Assembly: GCA_001662655.1 (NCBI GenBank)
Contig: KV460206.1
Direction: 5' to 3' (one strand)
Length of the DNA: 64,000 nucleotides
Source: Pseudogymnoascus verrucosus
Lineage: Eukaryota
The notes beneath the pieces were generated by a model, which did no database searches, was not told the DNA's origin, and saw nothing but the letters and a program-made list of their open reading frames with translations. Position 1 is the first letter of the stretch; every line of letters begins with the position of its first letter. A program made the position numbers and the translations under genes. Positions 60,043 to 64,000 of the stretch are shown here, in pieces.

Positions 60043-61327
60043 ATGGCACCCAACGTCTTCGCCGTCCCCGTCTTCTTCATCGTCTTCCGCGAAACCATCG
60101 AAACCGGCATCATCATCTCCGTCCTCCTCGCCTTCCTCAAACAAACCCTCTCTGGCCCCACCTCCGACCCCGTCATCTACAAGAAACTCGTGCGCCAAGT
60201 CTGGCTCGGCTCCATCATCGGCCTCACCCTCTGCCTCATCATCGGCGGCGGTCTAATCGGCGCTTTCTACGGTTTAAGTCGCAATGCCTGGCAATCGACC
60301 GAGTACTACTGGGAAGGCTCCTTCGGGCTCGTCGCAGCGATCATCATCACAGCCCTTGGCGCGGCGCTGCTGAGGGTGTCGAAGTTACAGGATAAGTGGC
60401 GGGTTAAGCTGGCCAAGGCGCTGACTGAGAAGGCGGAGAAGGAGGAGGGGAAGAGGAATCGGTTCCAGAGGTGGTGCGAGAGGTATGCGATGTTTTTGGT
60501 GCCGTTTGTGACGGTGTTGAGGGAGGGGATTGAGGCGATTGTTTTTATTGCGGGAGTGAGCTTTTCGAGTCCCGCGGCGAGTGTGCCGTTGCCCGTTGTG
60601 ATGGGGTTGTTGGCGGGGGCGGCGATTGGGTATATTATTTATAAGTAAGTCGTGTCTCCGCCAATTCAGGTTACCTACCACTACTCTTGCGGGAATTGGA
60701 CTGGGAAAAGGGAAGGGGACTAACGGAAACAGGGGCGGTGCAACGGCGCGTTTACAGTACTTCCTCATCGTCTCAACATGCTTCCTCTACCTCGTTGCCG
60801 CGGGTCTCTTCTCCCGCGCTGTGTGGTTCTTCGAGGCGCAGCTGTGGAATAATGCCGTTGGAGGCGACGCGGCCGAGACGGGTGCTGGGCCGGGGTCTTA
60901 CGATATCGATAAGTCGGTGTGGCATGTGAATGTGAGTTCCTTCGCTTCTCTCCTCCCATTTCCCCTCCGATCCTTTTCCGGGAATCCTGGGTTCTGATTA
61001 CTGACACCCCTCCAGTTCGGCAGCCCCGACCTCAACGGCGGCGGCGGCTGGGGAATCTTCAACGCCGTCTTCGGATGGCAAAACTCCGCCACCTACGGCA
61101 GCGTGATTAGTTACAACATCTACTGGATCTTCGTCATCGCCATGTTTGCGAGCATGCGGTTCCAAGAGGTGAGAGGGCGCTGGCCTTGGGGACGGAAGGT
61201 GAAGAAGGGGACGGATGATGGGGATGTGGAGGGGAGCGCGAGGGAGAGTGGTGGGGAGGGGAGTGGGGGGGATGAGAAGAGGGTGCATGTTGTGGAGGTT
61301 GGGGGGGCGAGGACGGTGGGGGAGTAA
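60043..61327 (+). CDS. FTR1: High-affinity iron permease
   Basis: Two REXXE motifs (FRETIE, LREGIE), [15 protein letters not shown] and [11 protein letters not shown]. Introns 60645-60732 and 60932-61015. Confidence 0.96.
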
Positions 61328-61769
61328 ATGGGAGGGGTGGGAGAATGTAGATACCAAAATTTTGTATTGCGATTTAGGATAGGGGAAATGATGTAAATAG
61401 AAACCCTTTTATACCCAACCTCCACGCCCCTCCCGCTCGTCGACCAAGAACAGACATCAAAACCTCCCCCTATCCCCTCCGCACCTCTTTCGCGTGGAAA
61501 ATGCCAAATGTGAGGGTCGAACAGCCTCCTCCTCGGGGCCCCCATATAAATAAATCTCCCACCACAAACGAACTGATGACCACACACGATAATCAGGACA
61601 CTAAAGGGATTCCACCTCGCTCTAGACGGTCGGTGATATATATATTTTTTTTCATCACCCAATTAACATACATGCGTGACCAAAAGAACAACATCCCATC
61701 CCACCCCCCTTCCCCTCCCTACCGTCCACTACCCCACACCGTCCGCTCCTCTGAGCAGCGATGGGTAGG

Positions 61770-64000
61770 CGACGGGTATAAATATCCCGGGCTCGCCGGT
61801 GACAGGTATGGCTTCAGAGGAAATGACACTAAAAATGACCTTATGGTTGGTCTTGCCGTCTTCCCTGGAGCCTTTCTCTCTCATAGAGCGTGTTGGTGGG
61901 TTGGATGGGGGTGTGTGTTTGATTACTGTCTCAGGGGACGGCGGTGGTAGGAGGGACGGTGAGAAATCCGCGACGGCAGGAGGAAAGCAGTGGTGAGAAG
62001 AAGGCCGTGATGAGAAGTAATCCGGCAACAGCAGTTCAAATACCAAAACTACAGATCAGAGAATCAAAACTTCAGATGGGTCTTCGTATGTCAGACATAA
62101 CTGATCGTGTAGTGTAGAGAACATCACTCACAGTCTTGACCATCAGAGAGACTCGCGATATAATACGGGTATCATAGATCCAGATCCATGAGCACGAGCT
62201 CATGTCAGTCGTGGGACTGGAGTGGTGGTGTGGTTTTGTGTTGGTTGTTTCGGGACGAGTGTTGGGGGGTTTTATATAAGTTTTTCTTTGGTGCTCTGGG
62301 ATGGGGAGAATGATTATGGCTAGCTGGGGGGGAGGGGGTGTTGTGAAGGCTTCACTGCGAACTCGGGGATATACTCAACCCATCTCATATCTAGTCATCC
62401 ACTTTCCACCCCTTTCCTTGTCCTCCAGGCCTAGTTGTGGGATAGCTCGAGCACACATCACACACACCCTATAAATACCTCGCCCTCAACTCCAACACTC
62501 GACAAGTACAGGCAAAGAATTGGAACAGAGCATATGTGTCGTCGCGTCCCCACAACTACACACTTGCCGCCCTCGATGTCAGAAGCCGCGCTAACTGCTT
62601 CCCCTCAACTCGAGTGATCCGGGTGGTGACAGGTCGGCGGAGTGGCGGCGGGAATCTGCGACAGCGCCGGGGGGGGTGAGAAGCAGCTGCGGTGGGAATA
62701 GATAGCGACAGTGAGAAGTCAGCAACAACACAGGGGCAAATGGGATACTTTTCCAGAAGCCAGGTCGAGTATTAGAGCCTGGCGGCAAGGCAAGCGATAG
62801 GTTTTGCGAATTTGGCTTTGTAGAGGATACAGATGTTGGATGGGGTTATATACGTTTCGTCTTGCTGCTCGTGGCTGGTCAAGGCGAGGATGGAGAGGAT
62901 GATTACAGAGCACTTTAAAAACGGGAGGGGGGATACCTTCACTGCGCGCTAGAGGAGATACTCAGCTATTCCCATAGTTTGCCCATTTGCGATGATCTTT
63001 TTGCTCTGAGATGACGATGTTGGCATGGGAATGGGACGTTCGTGGGAGAGGAGACGGCCCCTATAAGTACCCCCCTCTCCATCTGCGACACCCGGGAACA
63101 GCGGCAAAACTACAATTCCTGGAACAGATGATAAGGAGTTCCGTATTTCAATTGTTACACATGTCGCACCTGATACCAGAAGCTGCGATGGCTACTTCCG
63201 CTCATCTCGAGTGGTCAGAGTAGTGGCAGTGCTGGTCGATGTGGCGGTGAGAATCGGCGACGGTAGGAGGAGACGGTGACGAGAATCGTCGCGGTGAGAA
63301 GAAGACTTCGATGGGAAGAAATCATCCAGCAACAGCAGAGCAGGCAGAAGAGGTAGTACGTCTTGTCGTCCAGGATCTTCGCTAGTGATAACTGAGGGAA
63401 GGACCCATATCCCATTCATAGAACTTTACTCCCCTTCCTATTGCAATGGCTCCAAAAAGTCGGTTGCTATCTCTATTCTTATAATCGTTGTCCATGAATG
63501 TATGCCTTTTGTGCAGCCTTTTAATATCACTTTGATGGTCGCGCGGTGCTGATATTGTGAGCTTGTTCTGGGGTTTGCGAGCAGCTCCTGGCTTGTCAAC
63601 GGAGTGGGAAGGGCACATTGTCTCGCTGCGGAAATGCGGTGATGGGTTCGATGCTCTCATGGAGATATATTCAGCTAGTTTTGTTGCTAGGTTGGTTATT
63701 TATCTTTCATTTAATCACCTCGGCGAAGTGTGGTTATAGGATTGTCCGAGCACACACCACATAACCCCTATAAATCCCCCACTCCCCATTTTTGAGCTGC
63801 ACACTCGACAAACAAAAGAGCATTTTCAAATGCTACATGGGCGGTGCGGGACCTCATCCCCCCACAGCTTCATCTTGCCGTGCCACACCCGACCTCATCG
63901 TCTCTCTCTGTTCCCCTTCTCCCTCGCTGTTGAACCTCAGGTCCATACACGGAACCTTGATAATAGAAGCTGCCAGCGCGGTGATAAGTTGAGCTGGCAC
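61770..64000. repeat. Highly degenerate ~600-720 bp tandem units, each with a TATA-like box
   Basis: TATAA-containing boxes at ~61777, 62470, 63062 and 63778. CTTCACTGCG...GATA.TCA at ~62350 and 62937. CAGAAGC.GCG...CTTCC.CTCA.CTCGAGTG at ~62580 and 63177. GGTGAGAAGAAG...ATCC.GCAACAGCAG at ~61992 and 63294. Confidence 0.6.

Overview
This is eukaryotic genomic DNA from a filamentous ascomycete. It has short GT-AG introns with CTAAC/CTGAC branch sites, and the gene style resembles Leotiomycetes such as Pseudogymnoascus (inference only). I reconstructed 23 protein-coding genes by hand-splicing. In order: ILV2 (5' part), GAL1, a 2EXR protein, a Ran1/Pat1/Sks1-type kinase behind a multi-kb regulatory region, a CBM-less GH6 cellulase, a PCI/SAC3-like protein, an IZH/PAQR protein, an SDR, DPM1, an M28 glutamate carboxypeptidase (Tre/Vps70-like), DAP1, TMA7, PRP4 kinase, a conserved fungal hypothetical, a C2HC zinc-finger protein, an FAD oxidoreductase, a ComA/HSA32-family protein, a SesB-like lipase-ZZ-repeat protein, a PD-(D/E)xK nuclease-like protein, a Pol-beta-type nucleotidyltransferase-like protein, an annexin, and the divergent FET3/FTR1 iron-uptake pair with six SreA-type ATCWGATAA sites. 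The most unusual segment is 45.7-53.3 kb. There a lipase fused to ZZ fingers and four 32-aa Cys repeats sits head-to-head with a nuclease-like gene, across a recently duplicated 141/143-bp segment, next to a nucleotidyltransferase; this is a speculative immunity or cell-death module. Several intergenic degenerate tandem arrays are unexplained (5.0-5.3, 6.5-7.8, 16.7-18.7 and 61.7-64 kb). I recognised no rRNA, tRNA, CRISPR or intact transposon. Family assignments come from motif recognition, not database searches.
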